Shown here one piece after another: positions 38,448 to 50,700 of a DNA stretch of 64,000 nt. Position 1 is the stretch's first letter, and every line of letters starts with the position of its first letter. The position numbers and the translations under genes are program-made. The notes below the pieces were generated by a model. It was not told the origin of the DNA, did not search any database, and saw nothing but the letters and a program-made list of their open reading frames with translations. The stretch comes from Octopus vulgaris (lineage: Eukaryota), in the NCBI GenBank assembly GCA_951406725.2, contig OX597816.1:88660001-88724000 (forward strand), given 5' to 3'.

Positions 38448-39314
38448 ATATAATAATAAGAGTAAATAATTTCTATAAAGGCTTTTAAAAAAACCCCAAT
38501 TATTTACTGGTAGAATTCGGTATGTAAATATAGCCGATTACCGGCAGGAACTTCTGTAAAGTTCAGTATATATATTGTATATAAGAAAAAGGGACAGGCA
38601 AAACAGGTTGCTTGACCGCATACCGAAAAAATAGAAATAGCAGTCGAGAATGCTTATTTCTATCAAAGTTGGACTCCGGGCATGACAGACCCTGTAATTC
38701 ACATATGCAAAACAGAAGGAATAGATAACGAATACGAAGTCTGGCGGTTATCTGTGAACATCATGTTTCTGGATTATAAACATATTGAATATATATTCCA
38801 TATATATTTTTGATATATATTTCATATACATTGCATATATATTTCACATCCTTCTTCAGCACAGCTTTCCATTGAAAAAGATTTATCATAGATTTATCAA
38901 ATGCTACGTACCTCAAACCTTCTGACCATGCGAAATCAAAATATTTGAAGAAAGTGAGCTATTTCTATTTTTTCGGTATGCGGTCAAGCAACCTGTTTTG
39001 CCTGTCCCTTTTTCTTATATACAATATATATACTGAACTTTACAGAAGTTCCTGCCGGTAATCGGCTATATTTACATACCGAATTCTACCAGTAAATAAT
39101 TGGGGTTTTTTTAAAGCCTTTATAGAAATTATTTACTCTTATTATTATATTACTATTTGGATTTTTCACTCCCTTTGACAACCTAATTGTTCCCCATCTT
39201 ATGGAACTATTTTTGTAATGCGTATGGCAAAATTTTGGAGGGAAGATTTATGAATTCAAACGTCTATGTAGGTTTAGCTTTTGCTCACTTTCTTCAAATA
39301 TTTTGATGTCGTAT
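38448..39314. mobile_element. Hammerhead-containing element with inverted duplication and no recognisable ORF (PLE pLTR / retrozyme-like)
   Basis: 38448-38641 is the RC of 38958-39150 (one indel seen); 38928-38959 is the RC of 39283-39314; HHR lies in the spacer; TA runs at both ends. Confidence 0.85.
38752..38864 (-). ncRNA. Type I hammerhead ribozyme
   Basis: Minus strand ctgtg-CTGAAGA-a-ggat[AT-rich loop]atcc-a-GAAA-catgatg-TT-cacag: 5-bp helix I, GUU triplet. Confidence 0.75.
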
Positions 39315-40202
39315 ATATATATATATATATATATAGCAATTAAAGGTTCAGTGGAGATCAATCATTAGTTTTCGGCGTTATGGTGGGGTAAACAAAATTT
39401 ATCAACGATTTATACGATTCATTTTGGAGAAAAATACTGAAAAAAGAGAAGTGTGTTATGGGTGTGCAGTTACGCTATACGATATAACAGAGAAGTACTA
39501 TCTCTGATTTACATCGGAAGCTTGCAGTATCAAAACCGTCACATACTATGAATAAAGAGTATTTTTAAAACGGTGACGATTAGAAAGAACCTGAAAGAGA
39601 CTCGGTTATTGAATACTAGTAGAGTAAACCTATTTTAATCGGAATATCTTGTCAATGTTTACTAGCAAGATTTCAAAAGGTAATATAAGAAAATATATAA
39701 ATGGATTTGTTTCATCAAAGCAGAAATAAATCCATTACACAGAAAAAAATTAGTTAATTTTATGACGAAAATACAGCCTGTCTAACATATAATTCAACGA
39801 TGACTGTGACGGTAAGAATATCATCACAGATAAACAAGCAGCTGGGAAGAAGTTCAGGGATATATTCAGCAACTTCTAATTAACAAAAGTGTTGTCAGAG
39901 ATGCGACAGCATAGAAAATACTCGGTTACTCGCTGATTAGATTACAAAAGAAAAAAAAGACATCAATAAATCTATTTTGCACCCACCAACCACCTTCTGG
40001 ATGCTATAGGCTGTTTATCAACAACCTGGCTTTGTTCACGATTGCCATTCTGAAGTTATATACAATTAGTGATTGTATGTTCACTAAGGGTACACTATCG
40101 TTTGTGCATATATCCAGGAAACATTCTTTCTGGTTCTGCTTCTAATTTTAGTAGACACATTCTTTTTCTTTTGTTTGTAAGAATATAAGAATACCAACAA
40201 TG

Positions 40203-40555
40203 ACAGGTATAGCTGTAGGATTACGAAGCTCGCTTTGGGGTTCAGTACCATTGCGCAGCAACTTGGGCACCTGTCTGATTCTATAGCACCACTCAGACAA
40301 ATACCATGCGTGAATTTGATAAACAGAAACTAAGAGAGCTCTTTATATATTTCTATATGTACGTCTTTATGAGTTTCTGATGTGTGTGTCCGTCTCCCCT
40401 CCGTTTGACAACCGGTGTTTGTTTATAACCCTGTAAACTAGCGATTCAGCAATATAAACCGTTCGGATTAATATCAAACATAATAAGTACTGTGGGTCAA
40501 TTTATTCGAGCAAACCTTTGAATGGATTAGTCGAACAAATAAAAGGAAAAGAAAT
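40203..40555 (+). mobile_element. SINE family B old copy
   Basis: gggttcagtaccattgcgcagcaacttgggcac...gaaactaagagagc...gtttgacaaccggtgtttgttt. Confidence 0.65.
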
Positions 40556-41909
40556 GTAAGTTATTGGCTCACAGGAGATCAAAAACAAATTGAGCATAAT
40601 TTGGTGGATGGCATCAGTGAGGAGAAACAACTTGACTGTACAACAACACTCTAATTGTATATAGAAGCATAATTTCGCTAAGAGAGATGTTCAGACCTGA
40701 TTGTAAAACGAAGGCAACTACAAATTTGTTTAGCAATATCTTTATCAATGGTTAATTTTTTCACCGGTGTCAGAAATAGACGAAATATATACCCTATGAT
40801 GAAGCTTGTTACAGAAAAATGTCTGCTCATAATATGAAATCCTATAAAGAAGTATAGACCTCTAAACTTATTGTATGTGTTTAATCAATAGTATAAAATG
40901 TGTTTGCTGAAACAGCACTAACAATCATTGGGTTAGTCGGCATGGAACCAGAACGTTCTATATCAGCATTGATATCGACCTCACGTACCTAAAAGGAAAA
41001 AGAAGAGTTGCAAATGCGTAACATGGATCGAAACTGCATTTGGATGGCGTATCATAAATATTTCACATTTACAAACCACTAATCAACCTATGAATAAAAC
41101 CTGCGTCCATGAGGCAAATATAAAAATGGGAGTAGGAAAGGAACTACTCCAAAACTATGCCCTAACTGATAAATAAGACAATAGAATTTGGGGATGTGCT
41201 ACTGGTGAGAATTTATACATGCTTCTGGAACTTTATAATCAGGTGTGTATATTTAGGTGTGTCATCTTCAGATTATAGGGACTCACAAAAGAATATAGTA
41301 AAACTGAAGGTTGATCAGTCGATGTATCACTAAGTTTAGTTATTGTTGACGTTATTTGGATAATAATAGGATATTTAATCTTTTGTTTTGAGAATGTGAA
41401 GGTTAAAGCTCGGAGTTCAGCCCACCTTTGTAATTAGGTGTGCTTATTTAGACGTGTCAGCTTTTAGGTAATGGCGTTTTTAAAGGTTCACAAAAGTATG
41501 TAACTAGTACATAAGCTATAGTTTGTAGGCAGGCTGGTGTTATTAAGGGTTTTCACCTATTTATATTGCGAGGGTGTTACTTATCGCTAAAGCATGTCAT
41601 GGTATTATTTGGTAGAAACTTTTTCAATATTATGTTTTAATGTTCAAAAGAGGAGGTTGCTAGGTGTAATTGTTTTTGTCCGCATATTTAATTTATCTCA
41701 TTGTTCTAAAAATTATTTGATTACCATTAAGAAATTTTAACTTTTGCGTTTTAAGCGCGTACAGATACATGTGTGTGTGTGTGTTTGTGTGTGTGCGCGC
41801 GCGTTGTGTGTGTATGTGTGTATGTGTGTGTGTGTGTATACATGCATATGTATATACACTTATATAAACATATATATATATATATGTATATACATCATGC
41901 GTGCACATA

Positions 41910-42296
41910 GGAGGGAGGAAGCACTCCGTCGGTTACGACGACGAGGGTTCCGGTTGATCCGATCAACGGAACAGCCTGCTCGTGAAATTAACGTGTAAGT
42001 GGCTGAGCACTCCACAGACACGTGTACCCTTACCGTAGTTCTCGGGGATATTCAGCGTGACACAGAGAGTGACAAGGCCGGCCCTTTGAAATACAGGTAC
42101 TACAGAAACAGGAAGTAAGAGTGAGAGAAAGTTGTGGTGAAAGAGTACAGCAGGGATCACCACCATCCCTGCCGGAGCCTCGTGGAGCTTTAGGTGTTTT
42201 CGCTCAATAAACACTCACAACGCCCGGTCTGGGAATCGAAACCGCGATCCTACGACCGCGAGTCCACTGCCCTAACCACTGGGCCACTGCGCCTCT
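41910..42296 (-). mobile_element. Young full-length tRNA-derived SINE (head A + tail Y; octopus OR-type)
   Basis: RC agaggcgcagtggcccagtggttagggc...ggtttcgattccc; perfect 12-bp TSD tgcgtgcacata (41898-41909/42297-42308); CpGs retained. Confidence 0.92.
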
Positions 42297-43243
42297 TGCG
42301 TGCACATACATTCTATATTGTATGTACAATACATAATATAAGAATATATTTATATAAAGTCTGAACGTAATGCAATTTTCTATGCAAGTAGAAAGCGAAG
42401 TTTCTTACAACTTCCAAATCGAATTGAATATTAGTGGTGTGAAGACTCTCCATAAATATTCCAAAGATTCTCCAGTTGAGTTTCTTAAAGTAAATATATG
42501 GACATACTTCCACATATGCAAACTACATGAACGTATATAGACCTAATTAGTGGATATACACATAGGTGAACTAAAGATATATACGCTCCCATTACATGAC
42601 TGCAAGTACATTAAATCGCACATACATATTCTATATATCTGACCTATTAGTAGCTGGTTTTAATGGTACCTAGGAAATTTAAATGTCAAAGAAATCATAA
42701 CATGCATATATATTTTATATAGGCAATACCTAAACGAAACCAGAAGTTTGCAATAGAATCGAAACAAAAATAATTGAGCAATGGTTTCGTGGAATCAGTC
42801 GAAGTATAACGAAATAATATGCATTATTTCGTAGTGTTCCATTAGGTCAGAAGTTCGAATTTTGAAAAGCCCGATTTGATATGTCTTCACCCTGCAACGG
42901 ATAGAGTAATTATCCCTCAAGTTTTAAAGTAAATACGATATGGAATTTCATATCGCCAAGATTATGAACTTGTACGAATGAATAAAGTTGAAAACAAGAA
43001 ATCCAAAATCGTTTCGTCTTACTTTGTAAATGTATATATCTTCGTTGATGTTTGCCCTCGTATTTGACTTCAAATGGCAAAGTAATTGTGAATACAAAAC
43101 ATATACATATACAATCTTTACAGAATTGCTATATTTACCGTTTCCCTAGTGTCCACTAAAATACAAATATGTGTGGGTGTGTTCTAAGTACTTTAACAAA
43201 CATTCACTGCATTAATACACTAATACATCTATCTATCTATCTT

Positions 43244-43311
<68 letters not shown>

Positions 43312-43594
43312 CATGCGTGCATGCATATTTGTGACTGCGAGTGTATGTGTAGATGTGTGAGTGTGTCTGTGTAATACTTTGTCAGTATTGATATTTTATA
43401 GAAGCAACACTACAATTAGATATCTCAAATCTGGAAAAAAACCCGAGTTTATTGTTGTGTAACAAGCTCGCCTCTGAAGCAGCAGGCCATGGCACACTGA
43501 TAGTTTTGGTGTTTTCCGGACGGACACACACACACACACACAATACATAACGAAACACACGCGCACATATTCAATCTCTCTATCTCGAAAAGAA

Positions 43595-43711
43595 ATGCTG
43601 CGTTGTGGTCAGATCTGGAGATGGCTAGACTCCGCCATCTTTAAAACGTTCAAAACGAGCCGTATGGTACAACGGCATTTGTACCGAACTTATCAAGAGT
43701 TCAGGGCTGAG
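43595..43711 (+). CDS. Candidate first coding exon (unidentified; may be spurious)
   Basis: gaaATG, 39 codons MLRCGQIWRW...YQEFRAE, then GAG|GTAAGG donor in a non-repetitive, relatively CpG-rich patch; no recognisable homology. Confidence 0.2.
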
Positions 43712-45110
43712 GTAAGGAGGGAAGTATATGTCTTTATACAGTTTAGGCGAGCTCGGAGTTACATGGTATATGTACCGGCAAAAATATATATTACTGATGA
43801 TCAGATATACTTCTATTTAATATTCTATTCATTAAATATGCTTTCGTCTATGAAACAATTTAAACAATACACGGGTAGATACACATTTAGATAGAAAGCA
43901 GAGAAAGCTAGGTAGATTTGCAGACACAACAAGCAAAAAATAATGCGTACGTAGCTATGAGAATATGAAAGAGAGGGTTATTCTATCGAGATAGAATATG
44001 TGAATATAAGATTCCTTAAATGATAATCTCAAATCAGTCTGTCTAGTCACGAAACAACTGATCAATAAACAGTTTTTTTCTCAGTTCACCTTTCAACCAG
44101 TTTTATTGTGTTTTACGTTTTGTACTTGTATTTATTATTACTATTATCAATTTTACTTGTACTGTTGTTGTTTTATTGTAAACTATAATTTCTTTCACAT
44201 TGTTTTCTTCGGATCAGTAATTGGTTTTCTACATATGTGTGTGTATGTGTGTGTGTGTGCGTGCGTTTGTATGCAGATAGTGAGGTAAAAAGAGATAGAA
44301 ATCTGTGCATACACACACTATATGTCTTTGTCTTATAGATATATATATAAGACATATATGGGGCGGGGATAAGCTCTTCTATTGGACATGTCGCATTGAA
44401 AACTTCAATATGACTTATTGGAAACAATTTCCCGTGAAGTTTTACGACTACACCAGTCTTTCTTTACTTTCATTATATTATAACCGAAAACAAATTGTCA
44501 AAAAATGTCTCCATTTCCAGTTTTGCTCACTTATTGACTAAAAGCTTAACTCATTTTGTTATTTGTTTTCGTTATGTTTCATTTATTATGAAAGGGCTGA
44601 GGCTGTAATCTGGTAAGAGCGATGTAGTTAGTATTTTATAAATGTCTCTACTCTGACGACTGAAAAAAATTATAAACTGTTGGTAAGACGGTTATTTCAA
44701 GAGGTTGCAATTATGGTGAAGAAGAATTTATCAAATATTTATAACGAATCTTAAACGCGAATAGTATATTACGCTTAATGAGAAGAATAAAAACTGTTGT
44801 GTGAAGTAGGACGAGTGAAAGTGTTATTTTAGTAGCAAGTTCTAGAGAGCCGGGGCCTTTGTCGTCAGTCGCCTCCGATAAGAGGACAACTTGTTTTGCG
44901 TTTAGAGGTAGTATTTTTGGAAAGGGAACCGGGGAATACTGCTCTGGAAGCCTAAAAGAATGTTCTTATCTTCAATATGCGTACCGTCCCAGATGTAGAT
45001 ACTAAATTGTATACAGGGTTTTACTTGAGTGCTGTCGAGAGTCAGCATCTATTTGAGGATGGGGAAATTGTGAGAGATGTGGACTTCAAGAGTAGTGCTA
45101 TCGTTATGTA

Positions 45111-45430
45111 AAGGCGCGTAGGTTAGAGGTTAGTGTATTCGATTCATGATCGCAATCTCGTGCGTTCGATTGCCGGCGGCACGCTGTGTCCTTGAGCAAG
45201 ACACTTTATTTTAGATTGCTCCAGTGCACTCAGCTCGCAATAATGACTTGTGCCTGTATTTCATAGGGCTAGCTTTGTTGCACTGTGCCACGCTGAAATT
45301 TCCTGAAAATTAAGTTAAGGGTACACATGTCTGTGGAGAGCTCGGTCACTTGCACGTTAATTTCACGAGCAAGTTGTTCCGTTGATCAGATCACCTGAAA
45401 CCTATGTCGTCGTAACCGACGGGGTGCCAG
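45111..45430 (+). mobile_element. tRNA-derived SINE (head B + tail Y)
   Basis: aaggcgcgtaggttagaggttag...gttcgattgcc...gtgtccttgagcaagacac, then a tail matching RC 41920-42105 (cacgttaatttcacgagc...cgtcgtaaccgacgg). Confidence 0.85.
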
Positions 45431-46448
45431 TTATATTCTTCAGATGAAATCAGCAGTAGAGATTGTCAGAGTATGTGACGCATACCATTTTGCATAGGGA
45501 TTTTGATGTGTCTATTGTAACGTGGATGCAAAACAAGCATATCACTTATACATTTAGAAGTGCTATTTATGAAGCCATCTTTGTTAAGATAAGCTGGGCA
45601 AGCATATCCCTCGACTTGGCAGCGATCTTAATATTAAATAGGAATATAGGGTTGGTTGCTATTTCTGTTGAGAGTCAATTAAGAAGATGTCAAATACACG
45701 GGTTATCTTTTATATTACAGATTATAATCTTGTAGAAGATATATTTGTCATAAAAATACAATAGCTGATCGAAATAACGGTTTTTTTTCAGGTGTTGCAT
45801 ATTGCATCCTTCGCTTAGACTGTAAACATATAGAAAGCTTTGTGACTCACAGAGGGATTTGAGGCTAATAAGATTATTGTTTGAGACATGTGAAAAGACA
45901 TAAGAAGATAATTTTTTGGTTTGCTTAGTTGTTTCGGATGGATAACAGGTGAAATGTATGTCTTGCAGGGAATATTTAGCGCCGTACCCTCGTCTGTCGA
46001 TGAATTAATACATTAGATATTTAATCGCTCTGCAGCAGTTCGTAGTTCTGTGAGCTAAATCGAAAAAGACCACTAAATGCCCAGAAAAGCACTAAGTGCC
46101 TAAAAAAGCATTAAATGCTCCGATGAGTAAAACAAGAAAAAGATTAATAATAGAATATCTAATTAGGCTGGGTTTATTTGGAAACACCTGAAAGAGAAAT
46201 AAATTACCTACCTAAGTTGTTCCTGTTTAGCCTTTGCTCAACTCTTATTTTGCATTCCAGCCGTGGTCATAATGAGTTTTATAGGGCTATGGAGGACTGA
46301 ATTATCTATCGAATGCCATCTTCCGTAATTATGACACTATGCTATAATTAATTTGAGGAACATTTTACTGCTATTTCTAGCAGGTCTAGCGACCAAACAA
46401 CCACATAGAAACTCTCTCATTTACATAATTGTAGAGTGGGCAGATGTT

Positions 46449-46512
<64 letters not shown>

Positions 46513-47029
46513 GCTACGTGTCAAAATTTAGTAATAAATAAATACGTAAATAATATATAAAACTTTTTCTCACGTCAAAGTCAGTTACAGTTTATAGTAG
46601 ATTAAAGATTTGTGAAACGACATTATGATTTTAAGAGGAACTAAATTCGAAATGTAGTGACAAACGTGCGTTTTAATGACGTTACTGAAATGCAGTAATT
46701 AGAACATTAGAAATGAATAAACATAGTTATAATTCCAGACATTTTCTGCATGACTTATATTGTCCGATAATCTACATAAGCCAAATGATATTTCAGGTAA
46801 TGTATTTCTATTCATGACAAATATTTCAAATTTAAGACCATCCTTATATTTAACGTCTTATATAACTATGCATTAATGAGACTTTATTTGTGGTGAGCAT
46901 ACAAGGCAATAGACATGTGAGTCCATAGAATAAATGAATAAGATTGTTCTGTTTCTATATGATTTCATATGCTCTAAAAATCTCATTGGAAACAGGTCTA
47001 TGAAGCCTACGCTTCTGGATTAAAATACA

Positions 47030-47348
47030 TTTCCGTCGGTTTCAACGATAAGTATCGACCAGTTCGATAAACTGATCTATTGCACATTGAGTTAATGTGC
47101 AAGTACCTCAATACTCATCAGTGCTTTCATCTTACTTCCCGGTCAAAATTAGCATGACAGAGCATGTAATAAGGCTGAACCTTTGAATTACCAATGCAAC
47201 CCATTCGACGAAATTCCTCAAGTCTCTTAATACTGGTATAACCGAGGGTACGGGAAATAACATTATCCCAAGATGCCAAAAAGTGGGATCGAACCCTGTA
47301 CCATTACGAACCCATTACGAATCTAACTTTTCAATTATTCGGCCATGC
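47030..47348 (-). mobile_element. Old SINE (family-B-like head + tail Y)
   Basis: Tail ccgtcggtt...ttaatgtgcaagt...aaggctgaacctttgaattac; head RC ggttcgatcccac...ggcatcttggg resembles family B. Confidence 0.6.
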
Positions 47349-47803
47349 AACAAAAATTTGACCTTTACTACAATGAAGTTATCTAAAGCATATCTTGGTC
47401 ACTCGCGATAATATTTAGATAGGAGAGCTTATGGCATTTTCTAACACATAGCCGATATCTTCAGAAGAGCAAAGTTACTATCATAATCAGTTTTTCCATT
47501 GCACAGTATATTGCTCTCACTGCTGTGTCATATTTCATATGAACTGTATTATCCCATAAAAGGGATTTAATATTCAGCTATTTTCCACAAGAAATTTTGT
47601 ATCCTACTAAAATCAATTAGAATGCAATAACAATTGAGATATTTTGACGTCTTTCTAGACAAAAACTCGCCATGTCTTTGAACGATAGAATAGAACTGCT
47701 CAACGAGAGCTTGATTTTAGGGGTTGATTTATTGGTTCCAATCATACGGACAAATATTGGTTAAAGCTGCAATTTAGATCATTTACTGAAGAATAGAACA
47801 TAG

Positions 47804-48055
47804 GTGATGTTTATCGCCATCTAAACATAGATGTTCTCTAAGAACACCAGTGTTTATACAATTCTGCCAAGGAAAGAAAATATATAGAATATAAGTGACG
47901 CACAATCATGGATTTATTGCAAGCTGCGATCAACTACTAGTATGTCTAGAAGACAAGAATCCATAACCAGCTGGAGAAGGTACTCTCCTGAGGTCAAAAT
48001 AGCAGTATCATCCGTTCTTGGAGAACGTATATGCTTAGATGGCGATAAACATTAC
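47804..48055. mobile_element. About 250-bp MITE with about 40-bp TIRs
   Basis: atgtttatcgccatctaaacatagatgttctctaagaac vs RC atgtttatcgccatctaagcatatacgttctccaagaac. Confidence 0.8.
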
Positions 48056-49583
48056 TTCTCAGTAGAGATACTGCTTTCGTCTTTCTTAATGTAGTGAGGT
48101 TGTATTATGTTAACACCAGATGGTCTCAGTACATTATAATGAGAAATTGAAGGAGAAAGATAATGCCTAATTCTACGCACGTGTAAAACATGGGATGCAA
48201 ATGAAAATGACCTTAAAATTGTACGACGCGACCTCATTTCTGAGGTCCTCGGTGTCCCCTTCTCTCCTGCTTTCCCCCTCTGTTTGTGCCGCTTTCTTTC
48301 ACCTTCACCTATAGAACATACAGTATCAATTTTTCTGTTGGCTTTCTTTCACTTTCAACTATAGAACATACATAGGGTAAGAAGCATCAACGTCTGTCTC
48401 TCACCCGCTCTCTGTCTTTCAATTTCACCTATAGAAGCTTGTTTTCTGTCTCTGTTTCTTTCTCTTGTTTCTCTGCCTTTTTATCATTCTGCGTTTCACT
48501 CGGTCATTCCGTAAAAATAAGATGTATTTACGTGTATATGAAATGGACGTGTGTGTGTGTGCGAGAGAGAGAGAGAGTAAGTGAGAGAGAGAGTGAAGGT
48601 GTGTGTCGTAATGATAGATGTCTTTTTAAGGTACACGCTCTTATAGAAAATGTGAAGTCATCATCATAGTCGTCGTGTAATATGTTTACGATAGTTGAGT
48701 TATGGAAAAGATTATAATTTTAAATTTTTTTAATTCAAATATGTCAATGGAAATAACATTTGTTTGGTAGCGGAAATAGTACTAAATATTTTGATACCTC
48801 ATTCGTCAAAAACGGCAACTCGGTTTGGGGATGCATAATGAACATACTTACACAGGCACACACACACACACACATACAAACTCTCTTTTATAGTTTTATA
48901 TATATATGCATGTATACATGCGCATATGTACGTAGTTACATTTATACGTGTAAGTATATGTATATTTGGGCACAGGACGTCACGAAACATGTACAACAAA
49001 AAAGTATGAAGCACGAGTACATGGAACATGAACGATTCTTTCGAACAACGAAAGGCACAAATGGAAAACAAAACAAACAACATAAAGAACGACCCTTCAT
49101 CAGTTGTTGGCTATTTTTTCTAGTCTCGTATTTCGAGCATTTAACAACAATATACGCTTTCGATAAAAATAAATTGCCTCCGCAAAGCAAATTAAGTAAA
49201 ATTGGGGATGTTGCGGAGGGTCAAAATAGGTAACACAAACAGGACAGTTAAAACAAACAGAAAGGGCTGCTAAGCCTAAACGAGGTTGTGGAAACGAACG
49301 CGTAAATCAAGCTAGGACAGGAGACAAACAAGAACACGCTTTCCTTGTTCCAGATAGAACGAAGAGAAAGAAAGAAAGATGGTCATGTGGGAGCCACGTG
49401 AGCAAGGGAAGATAAGTGAGGGTGAGAGAGTGACAGAGTAATATGATAGAATAGTGGGAGAAGAGGATGTAAAAGAATAAGAGAGAGAAAAAGAGAGAAA
49501 AACGAAATAGATTTTTATGCAACTGTTCAGATATTTCTATGTAAATTTCGGTATATACATACATACACATACACACACATATC

Positions 49584-49667
<84 letters not shown>

Positions 49668-49699
49668 TATATATGTACATACACACACACACACACACG

Positions 49700-49749
<50 letters not shown>

Positions 49750-50700
49750 CATACATGTATATATATATACATACATATATACTCATACATACATAAATGT
49801 TTATATATCTGTGTAACGATATTCATATGTAAATTTCGGTATATATATATGTGTGTGTGTACGCATGTGTGTGCATATATATATACATGTGTGTTTGAGT
49901 GTGTGTGTGTGTGTATGTATGTATCTATGCATATATATGTATGCATATTTGTATGACAATGTGTATAGACAGACTGTCAGAAGGTGATGGTCAGACGCAT
50001 ATGTATAGAAATTTACAAGGAGAGATTAAGTATACAGGCGAAGGGCTGAAATTATTGAGTTAAATTATAATCTGTGGAAAACTAAAAGAAAACTCTAGAA
50101 CAGGGGAAAATCGAATACAATGGGAGAAAGAAAAAATGCAATTAATGAAAGATATCAGGATAGCGTAATAAGATTAGAAAGTGGTCATGAATTGAAGTAA
50201 AGAATTGAAGAAGAATGCCACAGTTATATGCTTTAAACTTTTGGTGAATTTATAAAACTTAAGTGTGATGAATAGTACGTCGTTCAACAATTTCACAGAC
50301 GAAGGTTTAATACAATTTCCTTTCACGAATTCAAAAAACAAGTACAAATAAAATTATAATTTTTTTGCTTCATATTTTATTTGAATTATACATGTACATT
50401 TATTTGTATTCTGTTTCAACTCCATTTTTTTCCTTTTTTCTCCCTGTCAAAAATATCAGACAAAGTCTTCTGGCAAACAATTTAATACTCTCGGGTTTTA
50501 GGAAAATAGTTTCTGTATCGATAGATTTATATCGAAATCAATCATCAAACGAGTTAACATTATCAGAAATATATCCTTTTCTGTTTTTCACTGACCACAG
50601 ATTTTCATCCAGTTTCACCACTTCTTCCTTTCCCTTTAACATTCGTATTGCTTCTACTATTATTGTTCTTATTATAATTGATTATTATTATTATTATTAT

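Noticed and set aside
41210-41690. Possible further PLE remnant with CTGAAGA...GAAGCATGTA on the minus strand
   Set aside because: Peptide similarity is faint and helices I and II do not pair; too degraded to call
48295-48440. Three spaced copies of ttca.ctatagaa resembling a repeat-spacer array
   Set aside because: Short degenerate tandem duplication in eukaryotic DNA with no cas genes; not CRISPR
49030-49110. Minus-strand CTGATGAAGGG in a repeat-like segment
   Set aside because: Could not pair helix II with a GAAA or close helix I
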